Translations under genes and position numbers: made by a program | Notes under the pieces: model-generated | Told to the model about the DNA's origin: nothing | Database searches by the model: none | The model's input: only the letters and a program-made list of their open reading frames with translations | Shown here: in pieces, positions 7,444-18,296 of the stretch | How positions within the stretch are numbered: position 1 is the stretch's first letter | How the letters are laid out: each line of letters opens with the position of its first letter | Assembly (NCBI GenBank): GCA_030147455.1 | Contig: JASKZU010000155.1 | Span: forward strand, 1-44,579 | Direction of reading: 5' to 3' | From: Planococcus sp. (in: firmicutes) | GTDB taxonomy: Bacteria > Bacillota > Bacilli > Bacillales_A > Planococcaceae | Length of the DNA: 44,579 nucleotides

Positions 7444-9426
7444 ATGAAAACGGAATTCAATCTACAAGCTCCTTATAAACCGGCTGGAGACCAACCAGAA
7501 GCAATTGCCAAACTGACCGAAGGCGTTATGGGAGGCAAGCGATTTCAAACCTTGCTCGGCGCCACAGGTACCGGAAAAACTTATACAATGTCGAATGTTA
7601 TTCAACAAGTAAAAAAACCAACATTGGTCATGGCCCACAATAAAACATTGGCCGGACAATTGTATAGTGAATTCAAGGAATTCTTTCCCGACAATGCAGT
7701 CGAGTATTTTGTCAGCTATTACGACTATTATCAGCCAGAAGCATATGTGCCGCAATCAGACACATATATTGAAAAAGATGCCAGCATCAACGACGAGATC
7801 GATAAACTGCGTCACTCCGCTACCAGTTCATTGTTTGAGCGGGATGATGTCATCGTTATTGCATCCGTATCCTGCATCTACGGATTGGGTTCGCCGAAAG
7901 AATATCGTGAACTTGTCGTTTCTTTGCGCAAAGGCATGGAAATCGAGCGCAATCAATTGCTTCGTAAATTGGTCGACGTTCAGTACGAGCGCAACGACAT
8001 CAATTTTATCCGGGGTACTTTCCGCGTTCGCGGGGATGTCGTGGAAATTTTCCCCGCCTCTCGCGACGAACGTTGCTTGCGCGTGGAGTTTTTCGGTGAT
8101 GAAATTGACCGAATCCGTGAAGTGGACGCGCTGACAGGAGAAATTATCGGAGACCGCGAGCATGTGGCAATTTTCCCGGCGTCCCACTTTGTTACACGTG
8201 AAGAGAAAATGGTTAAAGCCATTGAGAATATAGAAAATGAACTGGAAGCGCGTTTAAAGGAAATGCGCGCTGAAGACAAGCTGCTGGAAGCACAGCGGCT
8301 CGAACAGCGGACGCGCTACGATTTGGAAATGATGCGCGAAATGGGCTTTTGTTCCGGCATCGAGAACTATTCGCGGCACTTGACGCTGCGCCCACCAGGC
8401 GCCCAGCCTTATACATTGCTGGACTACTTCCCGGATGACTTCCTATTGGTTGTAGATGAAAGCCATGTAACATTGCCTCAGGTCCGCGGCATGTTCAATG
8501 GTGACCAAGCGCGTAAAAAAGTGCTGGTAGACCATGGCTTCCGTCTTCCATCAGCAATGGACAACCGGCCGCTCACATTTACCGAATTCGAGGAGCATGC
8601 CAAGCAGGCTGTATTTGTTTCGGCAACGCCTGGTCCGTATGAGCTTGAACACACGCCGGAAATGGTCGAACAAATCATCCGCCCGACCGGCTTGCTGGAT
8701 CCAGAAGTTGAAGTGCGCCCGATTGAAGGGCAAATCGATGATTTGATGGATCAGATTCAGCAGCGCAAAGAACGCGGCGAGCGCGTTTTGGTGACGACGC
8801 TCACAAAGAAAATGTCGGAAGACTTGACCAATTACTTGAAAGAAGCAGGGGTGAAAGTCAATTACCTGCATTCTGAAATCAAAACGCTTGAACGCATCGA
8901 GATCATTCGCGAATTGCGCATTGGAACTTACGATGTACTTGTCGGCATCAACTTGCTGCGTGAAGGGCTGGACATTCCGGAAGTATCGCTTGTCACTATT
9001 TTGGATGCAGATAAAGAAGGCTTCCTGCGCTCAGAGCGGTCGCTCATCCAGACGATGGGACGTGCTGCACGGAATGCGAACGGCCAAGTTATTATGTACG
9101 CGGACCGAATGACCGATTCGATGCAAAAAGCAATTGACGAAACCAACCGCCGCCGTACGATTCAAGCGGCTTATAACGAAGAACACGGCATTACGCCGAT
9201 TACGATCAATAAGAAAATCCGCGACGTGATCCGGGCGACCGAAGCGGCGGAAGAAACCGAACAGTATGTCAGCAAAGCAGTGGAAGGCAAAAAACTCAAC
9301 AAAGCAGACCGCCTGAAGCTGGTCACTTTGCTCGAAACGGAAATGAAAGAAGCGGCAAAAGCACTCGATTTCGAACGGGCTGCAGAACTGCGCGATACGG
9401 TATTGGAACTGAAAGCGGAAGGATGA
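7444..9426 (+). CDS. uvrB: Excinuclease ABC subunit B
   Basis: GATGTGKT Walker [11 protein letters not shown] beta-hairpin, DESH, C-terminal UVR motif [11 protein letters not shown]. Confidence 0.99.
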   Translation: MKTEFNLQAPYKPAGDQPEAIAKLTEGVMGGKRFQTLLGATGTGKTYTMSNVIQQVKKPTLVMAHNKTLAGQLYSEFKEFFPDNAVEYFVSYYDYYQPEAYVPQSDTYIEKDASINDEIDKLRHSATSSLFERDDVIVIASVSCIYGLGSPKEYRELVVSLRKGMEIERNQLLRKLVDVQYERNDINFIRGTFRVRGDVVEIFPASRDERCLRVEFFGDEIDRIREVDALTGEIIGDREHVAIFPASHFVTREEKMVKAIENIENELEARLKEMRAEDKLLEAQRLEQRTRYDLEMMREMGFCSGIENYSRHLTLRPPGAQPYTLLDYFPDDFLLVVDESHVTLPQVRGMFNGDQARKKVLVDHGFRLPSAMDNRPLTFTEFEEHAKQAVFVSATPGPYELEHTPEMVEQIIRPTGLLDPEVEVRPIEGQIDDLMDQIQQRKERGERVLVTTLTKKMSEDLTNYLKEAGVKVNYLHSEIKTLERIEIIRELRIGTYDVLVGINLLREGLDIPEVSLVTILDADKEGFLRSERSLIQTMGRAARNANGQVIMYADRMTDSMQKAIDETNRRRTIQAAYNEEHGITPITINKKIRDVIRATEAAEETEQYVSKAVEGKKLNKADRLKLVTLLETEMKEAAKALDFERAAELRDTVLELKAEG

Positions 9427-9432
9427 GGAAGC

Positions 9433-12312
9433 TTGAAAAACCAGGAGATACGGATACAGGGCGCACGCGCCCACAACTTGAAAAATATCGATGTGGTCAT
9501 TCCGCGCGACAAGCTCGTCGTCATGACCGGCTTGTCGGGATCAGGGAAATCATCGCTGGCATTTGACACGATTTACGCAGAAGGGCAGCGCCGTTACGTA
9601 GAGTCGCTGTCGTCTTACGCCCGCCAGTTTCTCGGCCAGATGGACAAACCGGACGTCGACTTGATCGAAGGTTTGTCGCCTGCCATCTCCATCGACCAAA
9701 AAACAACAAGCAAAAACCCGCGGTCGACAGTAGCGACCGTGACGGAAATCTACGATTATATACGCCTTATGTATGCGCGCATCGGCAAGCCGATCTGTCC
9801 AAACCATGGAATTGAAATCTCATCGCAGACAATAGAGCAAATGGTTGACCGGCTGCTTGAATACCCGGAACGGACGCGCATGCAAGTTCTGGCGCCGCTC
9901 GTTTCAGGACGCAAAGGAACCCATGTGAAGCTATTGGAAGACGTGAAAAAACAAGGCTATGTACGTGTACGCATCGATGGTGAATTGACTGACCTGGACG
10001 ATAATATCGAACTCGATAAAAACAAAAAACACTCGATTGAAGTGGTCATCGACCGCATTGTCATGAAAGACGGCATTGCGCCGCGCCTGAGCGATTCACT
10101 TGAGTCGGCGCTGCGCCTCGGTGAAGGCCGCGTGTTGGTCGATGTCATGGAACAGGAAGAACTGCTGTTCAGCGAGCATCATGCCTGCCCGATCTGCGGA
10201 TTTTCCATCGGCGAGCTCGAGCCGCGCATGTTTTCCTTCAACTCGCCTTTTGGCGCCTGCCCAGAGTGCGACGGCCTCGGCATGAAGCTTGAAGTCGATC
10301 CTGAGCTGGTCATCCCGGACTGGAGTGTATCGCTTGCGGATCATGCGGTAGCGCCTTGGCGGCCGACCAGTTCGCAATATTATCCGCAGTTGATGGAAGC
10401 AGTATGCCGCCATTTCGGCATCGACATGAATGTTCCGGTCAAAGAGCTGCCGGAAGAGCAAATGCACATTATCCTGAATGGTTCCGACAAGGAAAAAATC
10501 CGCTTTCGCTATGAGAACGACTATGGCAAGATTCGCGACAGCCATATCTACTTTGAAGGCGTCCTGGCGAATGTCGACCGTCGCTACCGGGAAACCAGCT
10601 CGGATTATATCCGTGATGTGATGGAAAAATTCATGGGAGAGCAGGCTTGCCCGACATGCACAGGTTATCGACTGAAGCCTGAATCACTGGCTGTCAAGGT
10701 GAATGACCTTCATATTGGTGAAGTAGTCGGATATTCGATTACAGAAGCCCAGCAGTTTTTCGATGGACTGGAGCTATCCGAAAAAGACCGTCAGATCGCC
10801 CATATGATCCTGCGCGAAATTCAAGAGCGCGTCGGCTTCTTGATCAATGTAGGACTGGATTACCTGACGTTGAACCGGGCTTCCGGCACTTTGTCAGGGG
10901 GAGAAGCGCAGCGCATCCGGCTGGCAACACAGATCGGGTCACGCTTGACCGGTGTATTGTATATTCTGGATGAGCCGTCTATCGGCCTTCACCAGCGCGA
11001 CAATGACCGGCTGATCAGCACGCTTAAAAATATGCGTGATATCGGCAATACGCTGATTGTTGTCGAGCACGATGAAGATACGATGATGGCAGCAGACTAT
11101 CTCATAGATGTAGGGCCGGGAGCAGGCGTGCACGGAGGAGAAATCATTGCAGCAGGAACTCCTGAAAAAGTGATGAAAAACCGTAAATCGTTAACCGGTC
11201 AATATCTAAGCGGCAAAAAGTTCATTCCGTTGCCGGCAGAGCGCAGACAGCCGGACGACCGCAAGATTTCCATCCGCGGCGCCAGCGAAAACAACTTGAA
11301 AAATGTCGACGTTGATATTCCCATCGGCTTGTTCACTGCCGTGACGGGCGTATCGGGATCTGGAAAAAGTACATTAGTCAACGAAATTCTCTATAAATCG
11401 CTGGCTCATAAATTAAATCGTTCCCGCGTCAAACCCGGGCACCATAAATCGATAGAAGGCATCGAAGAATTGGAGAAAGTCATCGATATCGACCAATCGC
11501 CGATCGGGCGCACCCCGCGTTCCAATCCGGCTACGTATACCGGCGTATTTGACGATATCCGCGACGTCTACGCGACCACCAATGAAGCCAAAGTGCGCGG
11601 CTATAAAAAAGGCCGGTTCAGCTTTAACGTGAAAGGCGGCCGCTGCGAAGCATGCCGCGGCGACGGCATCATCAAAATTGAAATGCACTTCCTGCCCGAC
11701 GTTTATGTGCCATGTGAAGTATGCCATGGCAAACGCTATAACCGGGAAACGCTGGAAGTAAAATATAAAGACAAGAACATTGCAGACGTACTGGAAATGA
11801 CAGCTGAAGATGCCTATGCGTTCTTTGAAAACATTCCAAAAATCAACCGTAAATTAAAAACGATCGTTGATGTCGGCCTCGGCTATGTTACACTTGGCCA
11901 GCCTGCAACGACGCTCTCGGGCGGTGAAGCGCAGCGCGTCAAACTGGCTTCCGAGCTTCACAAGCGCTCTAATGGAAAATCGTTCTATATTTTAGACGAG
12001 CCAACGACCGGGCTGCACGCTGATGATATTTCGCGGCTGCTGAAAGTCCTTCAGCGGCTGGTGGAAAACGGTGATACGGTATTAACGATCGAGCACAACC
12101 TGGATGTTATCAAGACGGCTGATTACCTGATTGATTTGGGACCTGAAGGCGGGGACAAAGGCGGCACGATCCTAGCTACGGGAACACCTGAAGATATAGC
12201 AGATGTCAAAGAGTCTTATACCGGCCGCTACCTAAAGCCAATTCTAGAACGCGACCGCGGGCGCATGGAAGAACGTGTCGGCAAAGCCAGCAAGAAAAAG
12301 AAAGCAAAGTGA
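9433..12312 (+). CDS. uvrA: Excinuclease ABC subunit A
   Basis: Two ABC ATPase sites ([16 protein letters not shown]), LSGGEAQR twice, CxxC zinc fingers; TTG start. Confidence 0.99.
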   Translation: MKNQEIRIQGARAHNLKNIDVVIPRDKLVVMTGLSGSGKSSLAFDTIYAEGQRRYVESLSSYARQFLGQMDKPDVDLIEGLSPAISIDQKTTSKNPRSTVATVTEIYDYIRLMYARIGKPICPNHGIEISSQTIEQMVDRLLEYPERTRMQVLAPLVSGRKGTHVKLLEDVKKQGYVRVRIDGELTDLDDNIELDKNKKHSIEVVIDRIVMKDGIAPRLSDSLESALRLGEGRVLVDVMEQEELLFSEHHACPICGFSIGELEPRMFSFNSPFGACPECDGLGMKLEVDPELVIPDWSVSLADHAVAPWRPTSSQYYPQLMEAVCRHFGIDMNVPVKELPEEQMHIILNGSDKEKIRFRYENDYGKIRDSHIYFEGVLANVDRRYRETSSDYIRDVMEKFMGEQACPTCTGYRLKPESLAVKVNDLHIGEVVGYSITEAQQFFDGLELSEKDRQIAHMILREIQERVGFLINVGLDYLTLNRASGTLSGGEAQRIRLATQIGSRLTGVLYILDEPSIGLHQRDNDRLISTLKNMRDIGNTLIVVEHDEDTMMAADYLIDVGPGAGVHGGEIIAAGTPEKVMKNRKSLTGQYLSGKKFIPLPAERRQPDDRKISIRGASENNLKNVDVDIPIGLFTAVTGVSGSGKSTLVNEILYKSLAHKLNRSRVKPGHHKSIEGIEELEKVIDIDQSPIGRTPRSNPATYTGVFDDIRDVYATTNEAKVRGYKKGRFSFNVKGGRCEACRGDGIIKIEMHFLPDVYVPCEVCHGKRYNRETLEVKYKDKNIADVLEMTAEDAYAFFENIPKINRKLKTIVDVGLGYVTLGQPATTLSGGEAQRVKLASELHKRSNGKSFYILDEPTTGLHADDISRLLKVLQRLVENGDTVLTIEHNLDVIKTADYLIDLGPEGGDKGGTILATGTPEDIADVKESYTGRYLKPILERDRGRMEERVGKASKKKKAK

Positions 12313-12335
12313 AACTTTCTTCAGGCCCAAACGTA
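12310..12335 (+). promoter_or_regulatory. ECF sigma (SigW-type) promoter of yvlB, overlapping the uvrA stop codon
   Basis: TGAAAC(12310-12315)-N16-CGTA(12332-12335) is an exact SigW consensus; B. subtilis yvlABCD is SigW-dependent. Confidence 0.8.
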
Positions 12336-12396
12336 TCATTAAAATAGAACAGGCTTTTCTGAAAAGACAGAAAAGCCGAAGAGGAGGCCAAACGAT

Positions 12397-13563
12397 ATGC
12401 AAAGTGAAAAAGAACGCATTTTGGACATGGTTGAGAACGGCACGATATCAGCCCGCGAAGCGGTCGAACTATTGAAAGTGATCGAAGGCGGTGGAGGAGA
12501 TTCGGGCAGTTCAAAAAATTATGGCCGGGATACGTTCCGAGGTTCCCGCAACAAACGTGGATTTTTCCGTCCGGAAGATGTGTTGAAAAGGTTTTCCAAA
12601 GATTTTTCTAAAGATTTTTCCAAAAACATGTCCAAGGACTTTAATGATCTTGGCAATCGCATGATGCACTTTATGCAAGATTCTGCAGAAAAGTTAAAAA
12701 CAATGGAGTTTGATTCCCCATTCGGTGAAGCAGTTCGTTTTGAACATGCGTTTACTGAAGAAAGCGCACAGCTGGATACGATTATTGCAGACATTGCGAA
12801 CGGCCAATTAGAAGTGTTCCCGTCTCAGGACGGCACTATCCGGGCAGAATGCAGCGTCAAAGCATTCCGTGCCGAATCGCCCGAGCAGGCAAAACAGGAC
12901 TTTTTGGATAAATTTGTGTTTATCGCAGACGGACAGAAATTGCGCGTCATCAGCGATATGAAAACGACACAAGTCAATATTGTCTTGTATGTGCCGGCTG
13001 CATCTTACGAGCAAGTCGTAGTGCGTTTGTTCAACGGCGGCTTTACGATGAAGCGCATCGACTCTGCCCTGATCAAGGCCAAAACAGCCAATGGCAAAAT
13101 TGATTTAAAGACCGTACAATTCGAGGAAGCAGAGTTGGAGACGGCCAACGGGCCGATTCAGGTAATGGAAGTCCAAGGGCGCGAGCTTGAAGCAGAGACA
13201 CTGAATGGCCGTATTTATGTGGATGGCGAGATTGAAAGCATTGACGCGAAATCCCTAAACGGCAACGTCGTCGCGACGACGCGCAGCAAACAAGCGAAAA
13301 AACTCGAAGCGAAGACACTGGCTGGCAATGTAGAGATATATATTCCCCAGCATTTGGCGCTCCGAGGAGAAGTTTCGTCTAATCTTGGGCGGATGGATGT
13401 TTTATTGTCGGATATCGACAGCAGCCATGAGCAAGGCCAGTTTATGCAAAAGAAAATGCACTTTACGAAAAACGGCAACTTAGACTCTGCCGGGGGGCCA
13501 TTGCTTGTCTATGGCGAAACGAAGACCGGGTCTATTCTTGTCCGCTACCTGACTGTTGATTAA
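12397..13563 (+). CDS. yvlB: YvlB/LiaX-like DUF4097 beta-repeat protein
   Basis: N-terminal EKERILDMVENGTISAREAVELL, repeated TANG/TLNG/SLNG beta-solenoid motifs; located after uvrA. Confidence 0.8.
   Translation: MQSEKERILDMVENGTISAREAVELLKVIEGGGGDSGSSKNYGRDTFRGSRNKRGFFRPEDVLKRFSKDFSKDFSKNMSKDFNDLGNRMMHFMQDSAEKLKTMEFDSPFGEAVRFEHAFTEESAQLDTIIADIANGQLEVFPSQDGTIRAECSVKAFRAESPEQAKQDFLDKFVFIADGQKLRVISDMKTTQVNIVLYVPAASYEQVVVRLFNGGFTMKRIDSALIKAKTANGKIDLKTVQFEEAELETANGPIQVMEVQGRELEAETLNGRIYVDGEIESIDAKSLNGNVVATTRSKQAKKLEAKTLAGNVEIYIPQHLALRGEVSSNLGRMDVLLSDIDSSHEQGQFMQKKMHFTKNGNLDSAGGPLLVYGETKTGSILVRYLTVD
12592..12642 (+). repeat. In-frame 12-bp tandem repeat (FSKD-FSKD-FSKN-MSKD-F)
   Basis: TTTTCCAAAGAT TTTTCTAAAGAT TTTTCCAAAAAC ATGTCCAAGGAC TTT. 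Confidence 0.8.
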
Positions 13564-13573
13564 TGAATACATG

Positions 13574-13613
13574 AAAAACCCCCGATAGAGGCGAGCCTCT
13601 ATCGGGGGTTTTT
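13574..13613. terminator. Bidirectional terminator (19-bp perfect arms)
   Basis: AAAAACCCCCGATAGAGGC-GA-GCCTCTATCGGGGGTTTTT between convergent yvlB and amidase. Confidence 0.92.
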
Positions 13614-13617
13614 GCGT

Positions 13618-14160
13618 TTATAGGGTGCTGGATAAAACTGCAAAGCAAATTGCATGGGCACACCGCTTGCGATATTCAGTGGTTTGCAGCAAAGCGGCTT
13701 CCGTTCTGTGGGTCATAAATCCGCATTCGACTAGTACAGCCGGCATGGCTGTATCCCGCAGCACCGCAAAATCGGCGGTTTTCAATCCGCGGTTTTTGCG
13801 TCCAGTAGCCATGACCAACGACTGCTGAAGTAGTTCCCCAATCTTTCTTGTTTTAATGGAAGCACCCGGATAAATAAAACTTTCAATGCCTTCTGCCGCA
13901 TTAAAACCTTCGCCAGAAGCATTCGCATGAATCGATACGAAAAGGTCAGCGCCGGAGCGGTTGGCAAAACGCGTCCGTTCGAACAGAGGCACGTCCTTGT
14001 CAGGTCGGTGGCTGAACAATACGTTATGCTCTTCTGTGGAAAGTTGTTTTTTTACCAATTCTGCTACAGCTGCGTTAAAGTGAAATTCCCGCATGCGTCC
14101 GTCCGGCGTCCGCTTGCCGGGAGTAGCTGGGCCATGTCCGGCATCAATGATTATTTTCAT
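13618..14160 (-). CDS. N-acetylmuramoyl-L-alanine amidase (Amidase_3), catalytic domain only
   Basis: IDAGHG, MRE, FVSIHANA, MPAVLVECGFM; AAAGGAGG RBS. Confidence 0.92.
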   Translation of the reverse strand: MKIIIDAGHGPATPGKRTPDGRMREFHFNAAVAELVKKQLSTEEHNVLFSHRPDKDVPLFERTRFANRSGADLFVSIHANASGEGFNAAEGIESFIYPGASIKTRKIGELLQQSLVMATGRKNRGLKTADFAVLRDTAMPAVLVECGFMTHRTEAALLQTTEYRKRCAHAICFAVLSSTL

Positions 14161-14238
14161 TGTGTATTCCTCCTTTTCTTCCTATATAGAATGAATGAGC
14201 CGGAAAGGGGACGAAATTCTTCAATTTCCATTTTTCCG

Positions 14239-14247
14239 TGTTAAAAT
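14239..14247 (+). promoter_or_regulatory. Extended -10 element of the hprK operon
   Basis: TG-T-TAAAAT, with TTCAAT at 14220-14225. Confidence 0.5.
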
Positions 14248-14312
14248 AAAACAAACCGGCCGCAAAAAAGAGTTTGGCTTTAACTGTGCAGCCAGGGGAA
14301 TGAGGGGGAACT

Positions 14313-15239
14313 ATGGGACAAGTAACAGTAAAACAAGTGATGGACAAGTTTAACTTGAAGTTGATCAGTGGCCAAGAAGGAATTGGCCGCCGTATTGCCA
14401 TTAGCGATATTTCGCGTCCGGGTCTTGAGATGGCTGGGTATTTTACACATTATCCGGCAAACCGAATACAATTGCTCGGCAAGACCGAACTTTCTTTTTT
14501 CGCAATGCTGAAACCAGAAGAGCGTCTGGACCGAATGATGAAATTATGCACAGACGATACACCAGCAGTTATTGTTTCGCACGATGTCGAAGTACCGAAT
14601 GAATTGGTTCTGGCGTCATCCGAGAAGCATGTACCGGTATTAAGCACGAAAATGACAACGACGCGCTTTTCCAGCTTGCTGACGAACTTTCTGGAAAGCC
14701 AGCTGGCACCGACGACTGCTGTACATGGCGTTTTGGTCGACATCTACGGAATCGGTGTATTGTTGACAGGAAAAAGCGGAGTAGGGAAAAGTGAAACAGC
14801 ACTCGAACTTGTCAAAAAAGGCCATCGCCTAGTAGCCGACGACTGCGTGGAAATCCACCAGGAAGGCGAAAACACATTGGTCGGGCATCCACCGAAGCTG
14901 ATTGAGCATTTGCTCGAAATTCGCGGAGTCGGCATTATTGATATCATGACGCTGTTTGGTGCGAGCGCTGTTCGCAACTTCAAGCGTATATCACTCGTTA
15001 TCGACTTGGAGTTATGGGATCCGGAAAAAACATATGACCGTCTTGGCCTTGAAGAAGAAAAAATGAAAATCATCGATACAGAATTGACCAAATTGACGAT
15101 TCCAGTCCGCCCGGGACGAAACCTTTCCGTCATCATTGAAGTGGCTGCCATGAATTACCGCCTGAAACGCATGGGTGTCAATGCAGCTGAAGAGTTTTCT
15201 AAACGGCTCGATGATGTGATCGCTCAAGATACAATTTAA
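14313..15239 (+). CDS. hprK: HPr kinase/phosphorylase
   Basis: [37 protein letters not shown]. Confidence 0.98.
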   Translation: MGQVTVKQVMDKFNLKLISGQEGIGRRIAISDISRPGLEMAGYFTHYPANRIQLLGKTELSFFAMLKPEERLDRMMKLCTDDTPAVIVSHDVEVPNELVLASSEKHVPVLSTKMTTTRFSSLLTNFLESQLAPTTAVHGVLVDIYGIGVLLTGKSGVGKSETALELVKKGHRLVADDCVEIHQEGENTLVGHPPKLIEHLLEIRGVGIIDIMTLFGASAVRNFKRISLVIDLELWDPEKTYDRLGLEEEKMKIIDTELTKLTIPVRPGRNLSVIIEVAAMNYRLKRMGVNAAEEFSKRLDDVIAQDTI

Positions 15240-15259
15240 CGGAATGGAAGGTGCGCGTT

Positions 15260-16072
15260 ATGTTATCACTGTTAGCTGCAATCGATCCGGTTGCATTTTC
15301 GCTCGGGCCGATTAGTGTCCGTTGGTATGGCGTTATTATCGCAGCCGGAATTGTCATTGCATTTTTAGTCGGCCAAAGAGAAATGGTCAAGCGCGGCATG
15401 CATCCCGACTACTTGACCGACTTGCTTATCTGGGCAGTCCCGCTCGCCATAGTCGGCGCACGTATTTACTATGTGGCGTTTCAATGGGAGCATTACAAAA
15501 ATCAGCCTGGCGAAATCATCGCCATTTGGAATGGCGGAATTGCCATCCATGGGGCGCTTATCGCCTCTGTCATTGTCGCCTACGTATTTACCAAGCGGCG
15601 CGGCACGCCATTTCTGAAAGTTGCCGATATTTTGGCGCCGAGTATTTTGATTGGGCAAGCCATTGGGCGCTGGGGCAACTTTATCAATCAGGAAGCGCAC
15701 GGCGGAGAAGTTACGCGGGCATTTCTTGAAAACCTCTTTATTCCCGATTGGATTATCAATCACATGTACATAGATGGCGCTTATTATCACCCGACGTTTC
15801 TTTATGAATCTTTGTGGAGCCTTGCAGGCATCATCATTTTATTGTTGCTGCGAAAAGTAAACCTCGTTCGCGGCGAAATGTTCTTCTTTTATTTAATTTG
15901 GTATTCGGTCGGACGCTTCTTTATTGAAGGCATGCGTACAGATAGCTTGTACGTAGTCGGTGAATTGCGCGCTGCTCAGCTCGTGTCAGTAGTCGCGATT
16001 GTGGTCGCGCTGGTTTTCATTGTATACCGCCGCGTGAAGCTGAAAAATCCGCCCCGTTATTTGGATAAATAA
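15260..16072 (+). CDS. lgt: Prolipoprotein diacylglyceryl transferase
   Basis: VRWYG, GARIYY, GRWGNFINQEAHG, HPTFLYES, RFFIEGMR. Start placed at ATG 15260 by RBS spacing (GTG 15251 is the alternative). Confidence 0.97.
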   Translation: MLSLLAAIDPVAFSLGPISVRWYGVIIAAGIVIAFLVGQREMVKRGMHPDYLTDLLIWAVPLAIVGARIYYVAFQWEHYKNQPGEIIAIWNGGIAIHGALIASVIVAYVFTKRRGTPFLKVADILAPSILIGQAIGRWGNFINQEAHGGEVTRAFLENLFIPDWIINHMYIDGAYYHPTFLYESLWSLAGIIILLLLRKVNLVRGEMFFFYLIWYSVGRFFIEGMRTDSLYVVGELRAAQLVSVVAIVVALVFIVYRRVKLKNPPRYLDK

Positions 16073-16091
16073 CAAGGAAAGAAGAGATCGA

Positions 16092-17027
16092 ATGTCGACT
16101 TTTAAAAACGGCTTGAAGGCCGGCTTGAAAACCACATGGGCGCTCGGGAAAATCATTTTTCCGATTACGCTGCTTGTTACGATCCTGCAATTTACACCGG
16201 TCCTGCCATTTATCATTGAGCTGGTGTCTCCGGTCATGGGCATCTTCGGCCTAAGCGGAGAAGCGGCAGTTCCGCTCGTATTGGGGAACGCACTGAACTT
16301 GTATGCTGGAATTGCAGGAATTTTATCTCTCGAACTAACGGTTAAGGAAGTTTTTATCCTGGCAGTTATGCTATCATTTTCCCATAATATTTTTATTGAA
16401 ACAGGCGTTGCCTTAAAAGTTGGTGTCCGTTTATGGGTAGTGCTTGTCGTTCGCTTCGGGCTCGCCATTATGTCAGGAATTCTGATCAATTTGCTTTGGT
16501 CCGGCGGTGGTGAAATTGCCCAGTACGGCTTTGCGCCAGAGGCATCAGCGGCCCCGGAAACATGGCTGGGCATTTTCCTGCTTGGCCTTGAAAAAGCAGG
16601 GTTTGGCGTATTGCAGCTGGCGATGATCGTCATCCCGCTCATGATCATGATTCAAGTATTGAAAGACCGGCAGTATTTGCAGAAAATCTCCAACATGATG
16701 GGGCCGCTCACGCGCGTGCTGGGCGTTGAGAAAAATACATCGCTCACATTAGCTTCAGGATTGGTTTTTGGGTTGGCGATGGGAGCCGGTGTCATGATTC
16801 AAGCGGTTCAAGAAGATGGTGTGAGCCGGAAAGATGCAACGCTAGCCTTTATTTTCCTGGTAGCGTGCCATGCAATTGTCGAAGACACATTGGTTTTTAT
16901 CCCGCTCGGCATCCCGATTTGGCCGTTGCTGTTGATTCGCGTTATTACTGCACTCGCTTTGACTATACTCATTTCCTACCTATGGAAACGGGCTGAAGAC
17001 AATCGGAAGGAAGTGGTGTCTACATGA
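16092..17027 (+). CDS. yvoD: Nucleoside-recognition (gate) domain membrane protein, YvoD-like
   Basis: Highly hydrophobic, SFSHNIFIE and ACHAIVED motifs; conserved position between lgt and ppaX. Confidence 0.8.
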   Translation: MSTFKNGLKAGLKTTWALGKIIFPITLLVTILQFTPVLPFIIELVSPVMGIFGLSGEAAVPLVLGNALNLYAGIAGILSLELTVKEVFILAVMLSFSHNIFIETGVALKVGVRLWVVLVVRFGLAIMSGILINLLWSGGGEIAQYGFAPEASAAPETWLGIFLLGLEKAGFGVLQLAMIVIPLMIMIQVLKDRQYLQKISNMMGPLTRVLGVEKNTSLTLASGLVFGLAMGAGVMIQAVQEDGVSRKDATLAFIFLVACHAIVEDTLVFIPLGIPIWPLLLIRVITALALTILISYLWKRAEDNRKEVVST

Positions 17028-17677
17028 ACAAAGAGATAACGACCTTATTGTTTGATTTTGATGGTACCTTACTCGATACAAATGAATTGATTATCCAGAC
17101 GTTTATGTCTGTGTTGGGCGAGCATTTCCCCGGCCAATATGAGCGTGAAGACGTGCTGCATTTTATCGGTCCGTCGCTTGAACAGACATTTATGGAAATT
17201 GCCCCTGACCGGGTTTACGAGCTGAGCGATCAATACCGCCGCTTGAACCGTACGCTGCACGATGAACTGGTTACTGAATACGACGGTGTTTCGGAGACGC
17301 TGCGCACATTAAAGGCAAGAGGTTTGAAACTTGCGATTGTCTCGACCAAGCGTGAAGAAACGATCAAGCACGGCTTGAACCTTATGGGTGTCGGCGATGT
17401 ATTTGATGTGCTTGTCGCACTTGACCATGTGCGCAATCCAAAACCGCATCCAGAGCCGCTGGAATTGGCGCTGCGCCTGCTCGGGGCAAAACAAGAAGAA
17501 GCACTCATGATCGGCGACAATTCCCACGACATTGAAGGCGGAAAAAATGCCGGTGTGCGGACTGCTGGTGTGGCCTGGGCTGTTAAGGGAGAAGAATTCC
17601 TTTCGCGTTTCGAGCCAGACTTTATGCTCCAGCATATGTCCGATTTGCTTGAATTGACGAAAGCCAGCAGCCAATGA
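17024..17677 (+). CDS. ppaX: HAD-family pyrophosphatase PpaX
   Basis: FDFDGTLLDT, PKPHPEP, MIGDNSHDI; hprK operon. Confidence 0.93.
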   Translation: MNKEITTLLFDFDGTLLDTNELIIQTFMSVLGEHFPGQYEREDVLHFIGPSLEQTFMEIAPDRVYELSDQYRRLNRTLHDELVTEYDGVSETLRTLKARGLKLAIVSTKREETIKHGLNLMGVGDVFDVLVALDHVRNPKPHPEPLELALRLLGAKQEEALMIGDNSHDIEGGKNAGVRTAGVAWAVKGEEFLSRFEPDFMLQHMSDLLELTKASSQ

Positions 17678-18186
17678 GACGAACTGAGCGTCACTACGTT
17701 GAAGGGGCGAACTCGCTTTGGCATATTTACAAGACGGTGCCATTTTGGAAAGTTGCAAAAAATTTCCTCATTATTCAAACGGCCCGCTACACGCCGTTTC
17801 TCCCGATGAAAAACTGGCTGTACCGCCGGTTTTTGGGGATGACGGTCGGCAAGCAATCGTCGTTTGCGCTAATGGTTATGCCTGATGTTATGTTTCCCGA
17901 ACGGATTTATGTCGGGGAAAATACCGTCATCGGTTATAACACAACGATTTTGGCACACGAATACTTGATAGAGGAATACCGGCTCGGTGACGTCGTGATC
18001 GGCGACCGTGTTATGATCGGAGCAAACAGTACCATTTTGCCCGGCATTAAGATTGGAGACGGTGCCATTGTCTCCGCTGCCACGCTCGTCCATAAAGATG
18101 TACCTGCTGGAGCTTTTGTCGGCGGCAATCCGATGAAAATCATTTATACAGCTGAAGAAATGGATGATCGACAAGCAAAATCCTGA
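17674..18186 (+). CDS. yvoF: Hexapeptide-repeat acyltransferase, YvoF-like
   Basis: Left-handed beta-helix repeats (VVIGDRVMIGANSTILPGIKIGDGAIV), VGGNPMK. Confidence 0.85.
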   Translation: MRRTERHYVEGANSLWHIYKTVPFWKVAKNFLIIQTARYTPFLPMKNWLYRRFLGMTVGKQSSFALMVMPDVMFPERIYVGENTVIGYNTTILAHEYLIEEYRLGDVVIGDRVMIGANSTILPGIKIGDGAIVSAATLVHKDVPAGAFVGGNPMKIIYTAEEMDDRQAKS

Positions 18187-18211
18187 AAGCTCAGAGCTTT
18201 CAGGATTTTTT
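18177..18211 (+). terminator. Terminator of the hprK operon
   Basis: AAAATCCTGAAAGCTC-A-GAGCTTTCAGGATTTTTT. Confidence 0.9.
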
Positions 18212-18224
18212 GCATCTACAGCGC

Positions 18225-18254
18225 TTGACGAAAGAAACCGGCATACGCTAAAAT
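18225..18254 (+). promoter_or_regulatory. SigA promoter of the his operon
   Basis: TTGACG(18225-18230)-N18-TAAAAT(18249-18254). Confidence 0.7.
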
Positions 18255-18276
18255 AAGAATCACTTTAACGATTCAT

Positions 18277-18296
18277 CACTCTAGCGAACTAAAGTA
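18277..18296. promoter_or_regulatory. HisR (YerC, TrpR-like) operator
   Basis: CACTCTA-GCGAAC-TAAAGTA vs YACTTTA-N6-TAAAGTR (1 mismatch), plus an extra half-site CACTTTA at 18261-18267. Confidence 0.7.

Noticed and set aside
7266..7460. 64-aa minus-strand ORF upstream of uvrB
   Set aside because: Overlaps the uvrB start, promoter and LexA box; only its last 17 codons are kept as a weak candidate.
14186..14214. SigE/SigK-like -10 (CATTCTAT, minus strand) upstream of the amidase
   Set aside because: The -35 match is poor and the presence of sporulation sigma factors is unknown.
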